The notes under the pieces: generated by a model
The model's database searches: none
What the model was told of the DNA's origin: nothing
What the model saw: only the letters and a program-made list of their open reading frames with translations
Position numbers and translations under genes: made by a program
In this document: positions 39,501 to 52,859 of the stretch, in pieces
How the letters are laid out: each line of letters opens with the position of its first letter
Numbering within the stretch: position 1 is the stretch's first letter
NCBI RefSeq assembly: GCF_004010195.1
Contig: NC_057751.1
Span: 10,896,617 to 10,960,616 of the forward strand
Origin: Chiloscyllium plagiosum
Taxonomy: Eukaryota
Length of the DNA: 64,000 nucleotides
Direction of reading: 5' to 3'

Positions 39501-40300
39501 AAAATGAATCCTTCTCCCGTGCATGTGCTCCTCAGCCATGCATTCATCTGCTGTATCCTCAGCACCGGGAGTAATGCAGATATTACTACCTCAAAGGGCC
39601 TCCTTTCTAAATTCTGCCTAACTTTCTCAATCCTCCCTTCAGATCCTTTTCTCTTCCTATGTCGTTGGTTCCAATGTGTACAATGACCTCCTGCTGGTCC
39701 CACTCCCTTTTGAGAACATTCTGCACCCTCTCTGAGTCATGCTTGATCCTGGCACCAGGGAGGCAACACACCATTCTGATTTTTCACTGCTGGCTACAGA
39801 AACATCTGTCTGTGCCTCTAACTCTGACATGTACCTATCACTATCGATCGCTTAGAACCCACCTTACCTATCACTATATTATTAGGGCCTGTCTTGATCC
39901 CTGAAAGTCCATCAACGCCTACATTTTCCAAAACAGCATACTTGTTTGAAATAGGGATACTACCTAACATACCTCTCTTACCTTTCCTGGAGTTCACCCA
40001 ATTATCTGACTATCTTCGGCTTTTCTCCTTGCGATAACTGCCATCCATCACACCCCCTTGCCCTTGTAAATTCCTCATTGTCTCTAACGATTGTTCCAAC
40101 CATCCCATTCGATCTGATAGGATTTGCAACCAAAGACATTTCCTGCAGACATAATCTGCAGTAATGTAAATTATCCCTAAACTCCCACATCTGACAAGAG
40201 CATATCACTCTTCTAAAGGCCATTTTTGCTCCCTCAAAATGTACAGATTCAGAAAATAGCACCATCATATTGCTCTAAAAAACACTGCTCCAGGCAATCT
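36551..40300 (-). mobile_element. Near full-length but internally deleted and decayed CR1 LINE (ORF1 zinc-finger/esterase, endonuclease, RT, 3' tail)
   Basis: VICSCQMWEF...YCRLC, VVISALLP..MNAWL, LDILLGN..SDHYSISF..LNWRKANF, KSPGPDQVYP, VTSGMPQGSVL and MFADYTK. Confidence 0.92.
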
Positions 40301-40310
40301 AATCAAGAGA

Positions 40311-40545
40311 CAATCAGTAAATTCAAAGATTGGGTTTTAGTATCCTGCGGCATAATTTAAACTGATTAGTTAAATTTGAATTGTTGTCAACATAGCAGCC
40401 AAAATGCAGGTATTTGTTTCACAGCCAAATGTTACATATTTTCAATTTTCCAGCACACTTTGAGACTGCTAGTCAGTCACAGTACAGGTACCTGCCAGCT
40501 CTCAGTGCAAAACAACTTTCATTCCCCCTTAAAGGTACAGTACAT
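40311..40545. mobile_element. Second part of the LTR-like element split by CR1
   Basis: Collinear with 12285-12512. Confidence 0.7.
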
Positions 40546-41273
40546 TTTTGATGAGGGATAGTATTACAGTTAATACTTAGGGGGGATACTCCTGGTCAAC
40601 TATTCCTGCTTTCTTTTCAAAAATGTCTCATTTTCTATCTTTTGGTGTCAGTTTTGGCAGATCGGCCAATAAATATTACAAGTCCTTGGGAAAGTATTTA
40701 ATGAGAATATTCTGAAATGCTGGCAATGAATACAATCTCTACATCGGCTGGGTGATGTCTGACTGCCATCTCATTTGAGAGGCAACCTCCCCAGTTCAAT
40801 TCCAAAAACTGGCCTGTCACATAAACAGTCTTCTCCCAAATTCCAAGACAAGGATTGATCTATCACCATCCCATTTTCTGTTCATGCCCATCTGTGCATA
40901 TGGTGGACTACGGAGACGCAACTGATTGCCTTGCTTTGAGTAATTTCATTTTCAAAGTTGTTACTAGGTTGTGAGAAGGTAACATACCTTTATCGGATCA
41001 CTTCTCTGGGATAGGCTGCATCTCATCAGCACTGAAGCAGAGATTAGGAATTCAGTGACCTATTTTAGTCTAATGTACTGAAGTGTCCACACAACATACT
41101 TATAGATGTACTAAAACAGGACAAATTAAGGAGCACTTGTTGCTCACAGAAACTGAAAATTGTGTGCCTTTTTCTGTTTCGCCACATAGAGAATTCCCGT
41201 TGATGTAAAGTAAATGAACTTCTCCACAGTAGTTAATAAAATCAACAACTGTTCAACTCTTTCTCTCATGCAG

Positions 41274-41506
41274 TGTTATCTAAAAACAGCAAACCCATCC
41301 ACACAACTATTTTGAATCCTCACGTGCATCTAATTGGAGAAGATGCTGCCTGCATAGCATACATTCGCCTCACCCAGTATATAGACATTCAGGGTAGGCC
41401 ACGGACAACCCAGTCAGAGGAGACACGGGTCTGGCACCGTCGGGACAGCAAATGGCAAAATGTTCACTTCCACTGCTCGGGTTCTCCAGCAGCACCACTC
41501 CAGTGA
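41274..41506 (+). CDS. CAMK2B: CaMKII beta last coding exon: [19 protein letters not shown]...[18 protein letters not shown]
   Basis: atgcag| acceptor, stop TGA at 41504-41506, then AG|GTATGA donor. [10 protein letters not shown] is beta-type. Confidence 0.97.
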
Positions 41507-41825
41507 AGGTATGAATTCAACATTGGTTCATCACTTCATGTCCAATGAGAGGGAAATAAAGGTAGTTTTTAATGAGTCAGCATCAATTCAGCACTCTCTT
41601 AATTCATTTTTTAATGACTTTGGTGGATCTCAGTATGAAGCTTAGCATGCCTGAAAGATGTTTGAAACTTTGCAAGTACTCCAAATTTTACATTGGACAG
41701 TGAAGTCAAGGACCCGCCCGGTGTCCTGGATGGTGTGTGCAGGAAGAGGTGCAAATTGCAAAAATGAGTTTGAGTTTCAAGTGGCACACCCACAAGTCTC
41801 ACTATTATGTGGCTTGCACATTTAG

Positions 41826-42049
41826 AGAGGTGAAAATGTGTTGCTGGAAAAGCGCAGCAGGTCAGACAGCATCCAAGGAGCAGGAGAATCGACGTTTCGG
41901 GCATGAGCCCTTCTTCAGGAATGAGGAAAGAAAGCCATTTTCCTCATTCCTGAAGAAGGGTTCATGCCCAAAACGTCGATTCTCCTGCTCCTTGGATGCT
42001 GCCTGACCTGCTGCGCTTTCCCAGCATCTGCAGTCTTCACTTTCTCCTA
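41826..42049. mobile_element. PLE family A palindromic insertion
   Basis: Arms ~41842-41929 and ~41939-42026 are reverse complements with few mismatches. Confidence 0.85.
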
Positions 42050-42129
42050 GAACATTTAGACAGGTGTTCACACAATAGCTCAAGGGAATAGATCACCACT
42101 TGACAGTCAAAGTGAAACAGACAGGTAGT

Positions 42130-42900
42130 GCAGGAATCCCCTGTGGTCTGGCTCTTAAATTGGTTTTCCATTTTGGAAGTTGGTGAGGACACTGACTCAT
42201 CAAGGGAGTACAAACAGAGCTAAGCTTTTGGCATCACAAGCAGCCTGTCTGTCCAGAAGAGGAGGAAGGAACAGCAATAGTAATAGTGGTTCATCTGTTA
42301 GTGGAATAGACAGGCATTTCTGTGCCCATAAAACAGCTGCATGGCATCCTGAAGGGGGAGGATGATAAGCCAGAGGTCCTAGCACATGTTGATACCAACG
42401 AGATAGATGGAGTGAGGAATGTGGTCTTGCATCAAGAATTCATGGAGCTCGACAAAGCAGGATCTCAAAGGTTCTAATCTCTGTATTACTTCCAGTGCCA
42501 CATGCTAACAAGTGCAGAAATAAAAGATTGATTGTTGTCTTACCATCATAGGGGCTGCTGTATCATTAAAGAGAAGCAACTGGTGGTGATTTAACGTGAG
42601 GGCCACCAGATCTCAGTTGAGGGAAGAGGTTGAGAAGGAGAGTCCTTCATGGTAACCTCAAACCGGTGATGGGAGTTGAACCCACGCTATTCTGCAAACT
42701 AACAACCCAGCCAACTGAGCTAAACCAATTCCCAAAATAAAAGTGTAGAGCAGATGAATGCTTGGCTGTATGCATGGTTGGTGTAGGAATGTAGTTTTCA
42801 AATTCCTGCATCACTGGGACCGTGGTTAAAAAGGGTGGTTTGTACTTCAGCTAGAATGGGACCAACTTCCTTGTGGGAGGGTTTGGTAGATTTGAACAGT
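42130..42900 (+). mobile_element. Old CR1 ORF1 (esterase) fragment with a minus-strand tRNA-derived SINE inserted at ~42535-42735
   Basis: Degenerate HVDTNEI and V.ISVLLP-like coding. The reverse complement of gggagttgaaccc...cagccaactgagctaa gives A and B boxes. Confidence 0.55.
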
Positions 42901-43032
42901 TCACAGTTCCAGTTAGATCTCATTATGCTTTCCCCATGTTCTTGCTGATTGATCAAGCTCCAAGTGAACTTGCTTATCATTCATAAAATGTGAAAGACTC
43001 TGCTTATAATTTATTTGAAATTTTCTCTGCAG

Positions 43033-44905
43033 AATTGAAGAAGTTGGCAGAGTTCTGGCCCAAGCAAACATTCAAGCTGAGCCGCGATCTGGTGGCCTCT
43101 GAAGACCAGCAGTAACATGCACGTGTCCGCATGCACATTATGCTCCTGGTGGCTGCATAATTGTCACGTTCGTGGAACTATATGGTGTTTCTTTCAACTG
43201 TCTCAAGATGTAGACATTAACTTAAAAAAAAAACAAAAAAATTTACAAAATCAAAAATGGCTACTGTATATGTACTTTATATAATTCACATTTGATGGCA
43301 GTGATTTGTACAATTCATTCAAAACATTTGCCAAAGCATGAAGGTTAACATTTAATGGTGATCATCCTAATGTTGGAGGGTTAGTGTTCCATTTTATATT
43401 TTCTTGTACACTAAAGATGTGTCACTTATTCTTTCGGGAACTTAATTCTGATGTCCTTACACTTGACTCAGTGAAACCGTGCATGACGCCCCATCGCAGC
43501 CACTCGTACATCTGGATGGTATTAAGGCAGAAGGCAGCCAATCAAATTAAGCAGCCAACAGTTAATTCAAAAACGGCTTCACAAACAATTTTTAAAATGT
43601 GGAAAATATTACTTTTGAAACAGTCTTCTGCCATCAACAACTTGTCTCACAAGGTTGCTTCAAGTATATGAACAAACACAGCGACCTTATTTTCCATTTC
43701 TTAAACATTATGTATGCTGTAGTGGAGGAAGAAAGGTAGCTCTGTTCATGGATTTTTCCTCTGTTCTATGTGAAATGTATTGGTTTGATAGAACAATTTT
43801 TAAACAAAAAGTGAATTTAAGAGGTAACAAGTACATCACTTGAAATAGCAGTGATCTGAGAAAATTGACAAGGCTCGGGCGAACACCTCCCTGATTCTGT
43901 TCTTTTAAAAAGTGAGTGAGTTAACTATATCATATTAAAGTAGCCAGATCTAATTTGATGTTCTTTACTGTTTTGTTATACTGTGCTACCAACTCTAGGA
44001 TTTAAAGAAAAACTATTGCCATCAGTTAAAACTGTATATGCATTTTTACAAATGCATGTTAAATATTTATAGCCAATAATTTTTGTGTTTAACTTGCCAT
44101 GGGTTCAGATGATGTACTGAGCTTTGTTTTCAAATTACAGAGTCTTGAGTGCGTGTAGTGATACAATCTGATGTCTGAGATCAGTCTAGCTGGAAGGCCT
44201 CTCAGAAAGGCATGATCACTTTGTGGTTTCTTTGTTAAACTTGTGTAGAAAATAGCTTATTAAAATAGCCAAAAAAAATGTTCTTTTGCATGACATAATT
44301 AACCCTGTTGGTTTCAAAAGAAGTTGCCCGTGGAGCTCTACATTTCTCTTACCTTCTCCTTTCTGAGCTTTGTAACAGCATAAAACCTTTTTTTGTCTGC
44401 TGTGTGTAATGAAGACCTGGTTTGCATGCACTTGATCAACCGCTTAACAATTTTGTGCAGGGGCTGTGGAAACGCATTGAGAGGACTCCTCTTATCGTGT
44501 TTTATGAATGTTTTAAATTAGACAGCTTAGGGATCTTAAGTGTAATGAGCTGTGTGTGGATCTTTTTTTAATTTTTTTTACAACGGCTGTGGAATCATGA
44601 ATTAAACAAATGAGTTGTATCTCATTTAATGCCTCATGTGGCTTGAAGTGTGGAAGTGCTGATTTTGCTGGAGATATTTTTACGTTTGAAAATGATGGAC
44701 TATATTTGCTTTTTACACAGCAACTTGCCTGAATATGAAATGTGATTTTTTTTTAATTATTCAAGTTCTCTGCAGCTGAAATTCTGTCAGGTCTGGTTTA
44801 TATGAGGACAAAAAAATAATATGTTACAGGATGTGGTCTATGTGTTCCTCTCACCATTTAAAATTGTTGATATGTCAGAAATAAACTTGACAATATGACT
44901 ACAGT
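43033..44905 (+). other. CAMK2B: CAMK2B non-coding terminal exon (3' UTR); end approximate
   Basis: ttttctctgcag| acceptor after the donor at 41509, followed by a repeat-free AU-rich stretch. AATAAA at 44880-44885 is followed by U/GU-rich sequence. Confidence 0.65.
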
Positions 44906-47900
44906 GTGAACTTACTGTTTTGATCATGATTTATGTTGTATCGGTACTGTCTACACATTGAAATTCAGCCTAGTTCCAGTTTAGTGAAAACATTTTTGAG
45001 AATAAGCAAAAGCTGTTGGGTATTCCACTTCAAAATATATTATTTTGTTGGGACAGATGTTTAGTTCTTCACTTAAGTAAACTTAGAAATCCTATTTTAC
45101 TCTATAATTTAATGGAAGAACAAAGTGGAGGAATAATGGCAAGCGGAGTATCATTTAAGAAAATGTGTAATTAACCATATTGGAAGGAAAAATTAAAAAT
45201 AAACATGATTTAAATGGTGATAGATTGCAGGGCTTTGAGACAGAGTTGAATCAGGCTCTCATAGTGCATAAATTGCCTAAAGTTTGTATGCAGGTACAGT
45301 AAGAACTTGACAAGCCAGTGAAATGTTACTGTTTTATTGTGGAGTAATGAACCCCAAAAGTAGGGAGGTTACATTACGTACAGATCTACCATGATGCTGA
45401 GTCTTGCCGGACTCCGATCAGCATTTACCATGCTAGTGGTTCTTGCAACAGATCTCAGTCAACATTGTTAACATTGAGCAGAAGGATTTCAGCGAATGTG
45501 TTTGCTGGCCATGGAGTGAGATAACTTTGCGATGTTCATGAGATTGCGGAGTTTCTTTCCAGTTTTACATTTGGGTTGGTTCCTTGCTCCCATACAGGCT
45601 GAGTTCACTTAGCTTGCAGACCAGAGGTATTGACTTCTGGCCTTGTGGACTTTAGCGGATGTAACATCAATTCCGAGAAAGCTGCCCTGTAACCGCACAA
45701 GAATTTATTTTAGACTTCTAGCTTGAACCTGAAGCAAGGTTCTCCAATTTGTTACATTGTGAGACAGGACACCTCAAATCATTAAGCTCCCACATTGGGA
45801 AGCATGGACTGGCTCATTTTGGTTATTCACCTGTGGTTGGTCACAGCCAGCAAGGTTAATTTGTAAAGCATCCTTTCCCTCTGGATGCCTTTCTCCCAGA
45901 TTCAAATGAACTAATGCTTTAAAAGGAGCCACTTCACTAGGCTTTTGAAAAATTATGCTATTAACCACTAAATGTCAGAAGAACCAGTGGTGTAAAAGAA
46001 TAGAGTCGAAATGACAAATTTCTAAAGACACAGACAAAAAGAAGTCTCTGAATTATTTGTCAAGACCAGATACAATGCTGCTGCTGCCGCCACCATAGTT
46101 ACATTGGTAGCAGGAGCAAGGCAGATGAGCATCCAAGATAATCAAACTTAGGTTCCTCAAAATTCCTGTGCCTTGATTGCTTTTGACATAGTATACTTAA
46201 ACTGGCTATTCTTAAAGTTATAGCCCTCACAGCACTACAGTACACACACTCAGTTTTAAACCACATTTTTGATCTCTTCCCAGAGGGAAACAGACATATC
46301 TAGGATAAATTACTTCTCTTAAGAAAGTTGGGGGGAGGACACAGATAGGCAGCCCACTTGCTGTTTCTGTTTCTTTGTGAAATCCCCGATTTGTTTGAGG
46401 TTTCCCTGAATTTTTAGTTGTGACATTTTTTGCTGCAGACAGGACTTTGCTATTCACTGAATTTTCATGCTGTATTCTTCTTTTGAAACACACACATTTT
46501 GGAATAATAACTAAGAAAAAGTCAATAATTTTAGATTCTGATCCATCATAGTAACAACATTCTTCAGAAAATTCATTAATCGTTGAACCCAAGCTGTTGA
46601 GCCTAAAAGAAAAATGCTGGAGGAGCAGCTATTAATATTGTTTCTCATTTTTTAGGCAAATATTTAATTTTACCATTGCAACAAAGTGAGCGTGAAGCAG
46701 CATTATTCCCCATCTGTTGATTACTTCATTACTGGGTGATGGCCTGTTGAGGGAATTAAATTTCTGTCCATTTTTCTAGATTTTTATCTGAAAGTAGTAT
46801 TAACTTGATAGCATCATAAATTGATGAGAAACTAGATTTTAGAGCAGAGAAGAAACACATGAAATGGAACACACAATTCTGGGTCAAAGTGAAAATCTTC
46901 AAGACGAAGCACTGTGTCTTCTTTGTCATCCAAAGGCAGAGGCTGTTAACAGTAGATCAGAACAGAAATTGCGAATCCAGTGACCCTTCAGCACCGGTAT
47001 TCGTTCTTAAGAATGACTGGACTTGAAACATTTATTTTCTCACCAAAGATGCTGCCAGACCTCCTGAATTGCTCCAGTAATTTCTGTTTTTGCTTGTTGC
47101 TTTCAAGCCGCCAGCCTCCTTAGTTCTTTGCTTTTTTGGTCATAACAGTAGTCCTGGGTACAAATCTTAGCCTTGTTGAACACAGAAGAAGGGGCATTTT
47201 GACTTGAACTCAGAATTCCAAAGTGTGAGCTTGTGAAAGTATCAGATGAAGAACTGACTTTGACATGAATTCCTAGGGTTATGATACCAATTTACAATTT
47301 CAGTATATAAGTATTTGTGAAATGCCTTCCCTTTCAGGCATGTGTCTGGTGGCCATGTGGTTGGAGAGTTGGGATGAGATTTGAAAGGTCCTGGGTTCAA
47401 GTCCTAGGTAGACCCTTAGAGGTAGTCTGAAATAGGAAAGGCTAGCTTAATTAATTTAATTCGGGTTAGTGAACTTAGTGCTGAGTAAAATCAAGTTCAA
47501 ACTCAATAACTGCAGGGAGTGCCACCAGATACTGCCGCGTTTTGCTTCCAAAAGGTTTTACCAAAATTGCATTTTGTTGCAAATGTGGGATTTGAACACA
47601 AGCTGAGTGTGCTTTAGAACCAAGACACTACCACTGTGCCACGAAAGCTCTCACATTAACCACCTTTTGGGACTTATACTTAACACCTGAATAGCACAGA
47701 TAGTCCAGCAGAAAAGTAAGATTAACTAATCAACAACCCAATGAAGTAGGCTTCCTTGTCTGAGAACAAAGCACTCCTCCTACTTCAAAAATTGCATTCG
47801 CTTAGTGATCAAGCAGATGTATTTATTTTAATCAATGAATTATACTAATTGAGTTCATGTGGTGAACATTCAAGAGCTTTCCTGGAACAGAGACATTCTT

Positions 47901-48680
47901 CATCAGCTCAGTTTACGTACATACATTTCAAATGGTAACATGATTGGTAAAGTATACCTGTCTGATTTGGAGAACAGCTGAAAGAACAGAGCAGGAGTGA
48001 GTAATTCAGTACTATCATGCTAACTTCCATTTGCTGCCAATTTTCCTCATAGACTAATTTTTTATAAGTAATAGATTATGTTCTCCTCAAATTTATTCAG
48101 TGTCCTGACAGCCCGTGCCCTCTTGGTTAGTGAATGCCACAGAAATGTGACCCTTTCAGAGAATGAATTATTTTTCCTCTGTTTTCAACCCTTTATCCTA
48201 AAACTTTTCAACTGCTTGTTCTCGATTACCCAAGATGAGGTAACATCTATTGTGTCTACTTGGTCCATTGCCTTTCACATCATGTCAATTAGATCTCCTC
48301 TCAAGCTTCTCAATACTGGACAGTGTAGGCCTCAAGTACTCAATCTCTCCTCAGAGGAGATGTAAATTCCAAGGAGAACGTGTCCACACCATATTTTTTT
48401 ATTTTACATGCACACTGCCCATTTAGGAATTTCTCATGCTTTGAGAATCACATTGCCACTCATTAGCTGTGTAATTTCTTGTGATAGTCTCATTCATTTT
48501 CATCATGCGGTGCATATCACGTCAAGACAGCCACTGGAAATCCCCTAAGGAAGTAAAGGCAAAATGATGGAGTTGCTCAAGTTGTAAAATTAAGAATTGA
48601 ATATACTGGAGAAACTCAGCAGCTCTGGCAATATCTGTGGAAAGAGATGGTATGATGCTAGTGTGGATCTCGTCCATGGA

Positions 48681-49136
48681 GGTTAAAAATCACAACACCT
48701 CATTTTGGACCAACAGGTTTATTTGGAAGCACTAGCTTTTGGAACGCTGCTCCTTCTTCAGGTGGTTGTGAAATATAAGGTCGCAAGACACAGAGTTTAT
48801 AGCCAAAGTTTACAGTGTGATCTAACTGAAATTATATTGATATTACATTGAAAAATTATGTTTTGTTTGTTAAGTCTCTCATCTTTTAGAATTACCATGT
48901 TGGTTTCAGTTCTTTCATATGTAAATCCCAGAACTTTTTTTTTAAAATATTAAATTCTCAAGTGAACTTTAACAATAGGTGCCACATCAGCTCAGAAAAT
49001 GCTTTCAAGGTGTGAGGTGCCCATGCCCCAATGTTCACTGATTCTATTTCTAAAGAAAGGATTTACAGACTCTTACATGGTTTCATGCAGTTTTTGAGCA
49101 AATTAAAATGCAATTCTGCAAGTATTTGCATGTGTA

Positions 49137-49178
<42 letters not shown>

Positions 49179-49654
49179 GGGGTGGGGATGGGTGTGAGTG
49201 TCTGTGAGTGTAAAGGGATCTAAGTCTTTGTGAGGGTGCACATCTGGGTGCGAGTGTGGGGTGCGTGTATGTGTGTATGGGTCTGTCAGAGTGTACGCGT
49301 GTGTGTATATAGTGCAATGGTATGACATGAACCCAATGTCCTGCTTGAGGCCATTCCCATGGGTACTGAACTTGGCTATTAGCCTCTACTCGGCCACTCT
49401 GCGTCATTACACAGACACATAACTTTGTGAGATGAATTTGTACTTGCAGAATTATATTTACTTTGCTCAAAGACCGCATGAATCTCGTTAAGATTCTGTA
49501 ATTCCCTTTATTAGAAATAGAATCATTGGGGCACTGAAAGACAGACTTTAAGCTCACACCTTCCCGAAAGCAAGTGCTTCCAAATAAACCTGTTGGACTA
49601 TAATCTGGTGTTGCGTGATTTTTAAACTTTGTTCACCAGCACCTTCAAATCATG
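48681..49654 (-). mobile_element. Penelope-like element (family B) 3' region with GIY-YIG C-terminal remnant, (TG)n(AG)n microsatellite and inverted duplicate
   Basis: Minus strand RRVAE*RLIAKFSTHGNGLKQDIGFMSY (~49403-49320). Terminal inverted repeats; ~49430-49535 mirrors ~49020-49125. Confidence 0.82.
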
Positions 49655-51137
49655 ACATACAAGGAAAAATCAGTTCAGTTTGATCAAGTTAAAATCTAAA
49701 AGATTTTCTTGTGAAATGCATCGTACAAAACAACCAAATATCATTGGTCTTTATAGCCAGCTTAACATTTCATTTAGAGGAGCAGCTTGGGAAAAATGAA
49801 TTCTAATTGACAAGTTTAAGATTTATGAGGAACAAGTGAACAGACAGACCACAGTTCAGAGCAGTGTTTGCTGTGTGGATTACTAATGGTATCATATTTA
49901 CTCCAGGAAAGTTTGGTAATCGCAGTGATAATTCTCAAGACAACAGCTCATCACAGCAAAATGACTGAAATGAGCAGAGGGGGCGGATAAAAACCAACAA
50001 GTTATCACTATGGGACAGGCAAGGCCAATGGATGAAAAGTTGAGATTACGCTAAACAACCAACAGCCGATCCTGACGAGGAATATCCCATAAATAAATTA
50101 ACTGAGAAAGTCTGTGCCGAAGTTCTTCCAAACTTGGTTTTATCTCACCTACCCCATAATCCCACAAATCAGAGGTCAACAAGAAATAAGGTACATATCC
50201 ACAGGTTTCACAAGGAAAGACTACATATATGTGGGAAGTATTCAAGAAGGACATGAGATGCAGATCTAATGGGACACTCAGGGACGACGAGAAATATATA
50301 CACAGGATATAATTTAAAACTCTATAATTTTCAGTCTCTAAATCTGACAAAGTAGTAAATCATATTCAGATTTGTAGAACAAGATATAGAAGTATGTTTT
50401 CTGGCACACCCCAGAAATCTGTATTTATTATTTGCTTCCAACATCCACATTAGGAAAAGGAATCACGGCTGATCATCCAACTGTTTCTGCTTTTTCCAAG
50501 AACCATTTGATCCCTTTAATCCGAAGAACAATATCTAACTCCTTTCGTCTCAACCATGTTGTCTGTAGCAGAAAAGTCATCACTTTCTGTGTGAAGACAT
50601 TTTTCCAACTCTCAGTCTTAAATGATTGTTAGACAGTGACCCGTGGTTCTGGACTGCCCAGTTATTGGAAACATCCCTCTTGCATTTAGAATTTTGTTCG
50701 TCTCTGAGATGTCTGCTCCTTCCCGTACACAACCCCTCCCCCGCAACTTTTTCTAAACTTCAGCCAATATAGTCCTAACTAATTTAGTGTCTCTCCGAAA
50801 ATGTTTGTCCTGCCATCCAAGGGATCATTCTGGTAAACTTTATTGCCTCCTTACATAGCCAGAACATCCGTCCTCAGATAAGGAAACCAAAACTGCTCAC
50901 AATACTCAAAGATGTGGTCTTACCAAGGACCTGTAAATTGGGGTGCAAATTCCAAAGCTGGTGACCCTTCTGGCCTCTATTGCAAGTGAGAAAGCCCTCA
51001 TTTTAAATCAGAGTTGCAATTCAAGATTCTGCTGAAATTCTCCTCTCAGCACTTGACCAGTGAAGCACCCCTCAGAATCTGAGATGTTTCAATGAAATCA
51101 TCTTTAAATGGTCTAAACTGCACTGAATTTCAGTCCT

Positions 51138-51338
51138 GAGCTGAAAATGTGTTGCTGAAAAAGCGCAGCAGGTCAGGCAGCTTCCAAGGAACAGGAGAAT
51201 CGATGTTTCGGGCCTGAAGAAGGGCTTATGCCCGAAACGTCGATTCTCCTATTCCTTGGATGCTGCCTGACCTGCTGCACTTTTCCAGCAACACATTTTC
51301 AGCTCTGATCTCCAGCATCTGCAGTCCTCACTTTCTCC
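51138..51338. mobile_element. PLE family A palindromic insertion, intact hammerhead core on + (51214-51241)
   Basis: gagctgaaaatgtgttgc...tttcgggc is followed by its reverse complement and a tail. Confidence 0.85.
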
Positions 51339-51439
51339 CTGAATTTCAGTCCAACAACTTCAACATTCCTCATAAGAAAACCTACCAAAGCCTTCCCGAA
51401 ACTGCTTCCAATGCGACTACTGTATATCTCTCCTAAAAG

Positions 51440-51834
51440 AGTCAAAGAATGTGGTGCTGGAAAATCACAGCCTGTCAGGCAGCACCTCAGGCACAGGAGA
51501 ATCGACATTTTGAGCACAAGCCCTTCATCAGGAATGAGGGATGGCCCAAGGGGGCTGAGAGATAAATGGAAGGTGAATGGGACTGGTGGGAAGCTCGCTG
51601 AGAATGCGATAGGTAGATGAAGATGGGGTGAAGGTAATAGGCAAGCACAGGGTATCCAGATGGATGAGGTGTGTTGGATGGGAGAAGGGGTCCTCCAAGG
51701 GTGGGTAGGAGTCCGGATAGAAAAATCACAGAAGCCAAGGAAGAAAAGTTCAATGTTGCAACAGGACATCTACCAACGTCTATGCTTTTCCAGCACCACA
51801 CTTTTTGACTCTCATCTGGTACTCACTTTCTCCT
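51440..51834 (-). mobile_element. Older PLE related to family A, with a short inverted end
   Basis: gtggtgctggaaaa...caggagaatcgac...cccttcatcagg, then ttttccagcaccacac in inverted orientation. Confidence 0.7.
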
Positions 51835-52039
51835 ATCTCTCCTAAAAGTAGAGAGACCAAAACTGTACACCATTCTCTAGATGTGGCGTCTTTACAGTTA
51901 CAGCAAAGTTTCTCTCTACTTTTAACCATCAACATCTTCGTTCTGAAGGACATTTCATCCGCTTTATTCCCAGGTGGACCTTGAGCTACTCTCTTCCTTC
52001 TAATACACATGTACAAACTGTTGTGTCTATTTCTCTCAC

Positions 52040-52770
52040 CCGACTGCCTTGCTCCCAATATCCCGACCGAGCACTGTTTTCGCCGCTTCCACCTGCAACT
52101 TTGACAGAGTCACGGAACTTTAACGGCGCAGCAGTCGTCCATTCTGCCCATCATGCCTGGTCTAGCCCCCGCGGCCAAACCAGTCACGCAAACTTCCTTT
52201 TGTGGGATTAGGGCGGGCGACTGGTGGTAAGAAGATGTGAAAATCAAGCGACTGGCTGATTTTCGGAGCAAGTGTTGCTCCATGCACCAAATTGGGAGAT
52301 AGAACCGAACACAACACGTTCCACCATCTCCTCCTCCTGCTGGCCGTTACAGGCCACCACAGCGCCTGCGCACTACTCACGCGCCATTCGCCGCGCGCAG
52401 CGACCGTTAACGACATCGCCGCGTTGTCGCCGAAGCTCTGCTGCGCGTTGGGCTTGTTTCATTCTCTGTAATTTTTTTTTTAAAAAAACAGTAAATCGTT
52501 GATATATCTGTGTGCGCGCGTAATCTGAACCTGCAAAACGGAGAGGCCACGGCGACAGTCTCGTCGCTGAGCTGTCTCGTTCATCTCGGCGCCCCATCAT
52601 CCTCTGCGAATGCAACATGGCGGCGCTGGTGTGCAGGAAGCTGTCGGTAAAACAAAACACAAATACTTTCCTCTGTTTCTGCTTGTGCGTTTCACCGCTG
52701 TTCTCACCGGGCGAGAGAATTCGCGGGTGATGGTCACTCGTCCAGATCCCTGCCGCGTTGTTGATGAAAT
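52040..52770. promoter_or_regulatory. CpG island promoter of MRPS24
   Basis: Dense CpG. GC box at 52211, NRF1-like GCGCCTGCGCA at 52362-52372, and YY1-like CAACATGGCGGC overlapping the start codon. Confidence 0.88.
52617..52646 (+). CDS. MRPS24: MRPS24 exon 1: MAALVCRKLS
   Basis: Kozak aacATGG in the CpG island with a |gtaaaa phase-0 donor. Resembles human MAASVC. Confidence 0.88.
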
Positions 52771-52859
52771 TGAATCAGTTAGCAAGGAATCTGGACTGCC
52801 CTGTTGTTAACGACTTGCAGTATTGGCACAGACCGCCTTACAGATAGTGAAGAGCATAA

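Noticed and set aside
41737..42083. Repeated peptides KKGSCPKRRFSCSLDAA and CCWKSAAGQAASKEQENRRFG in several ORFs (also 59645-59994)
   Set aside because: Translations of the non-coding family A repeat and its palindrome, not a protein family.
49063..49557. 164-aa His/Thr-rich ORF
   Set aside because: Arises from the (TG)n(AG)n microsatellite within a PLE.
51981..52810. Several overlapping 60-95 aa ORFs on both strands
   Set aside because: By-product of the GC-rich CpG island; only the 30-nt MRPS24 exon 1 is supported.
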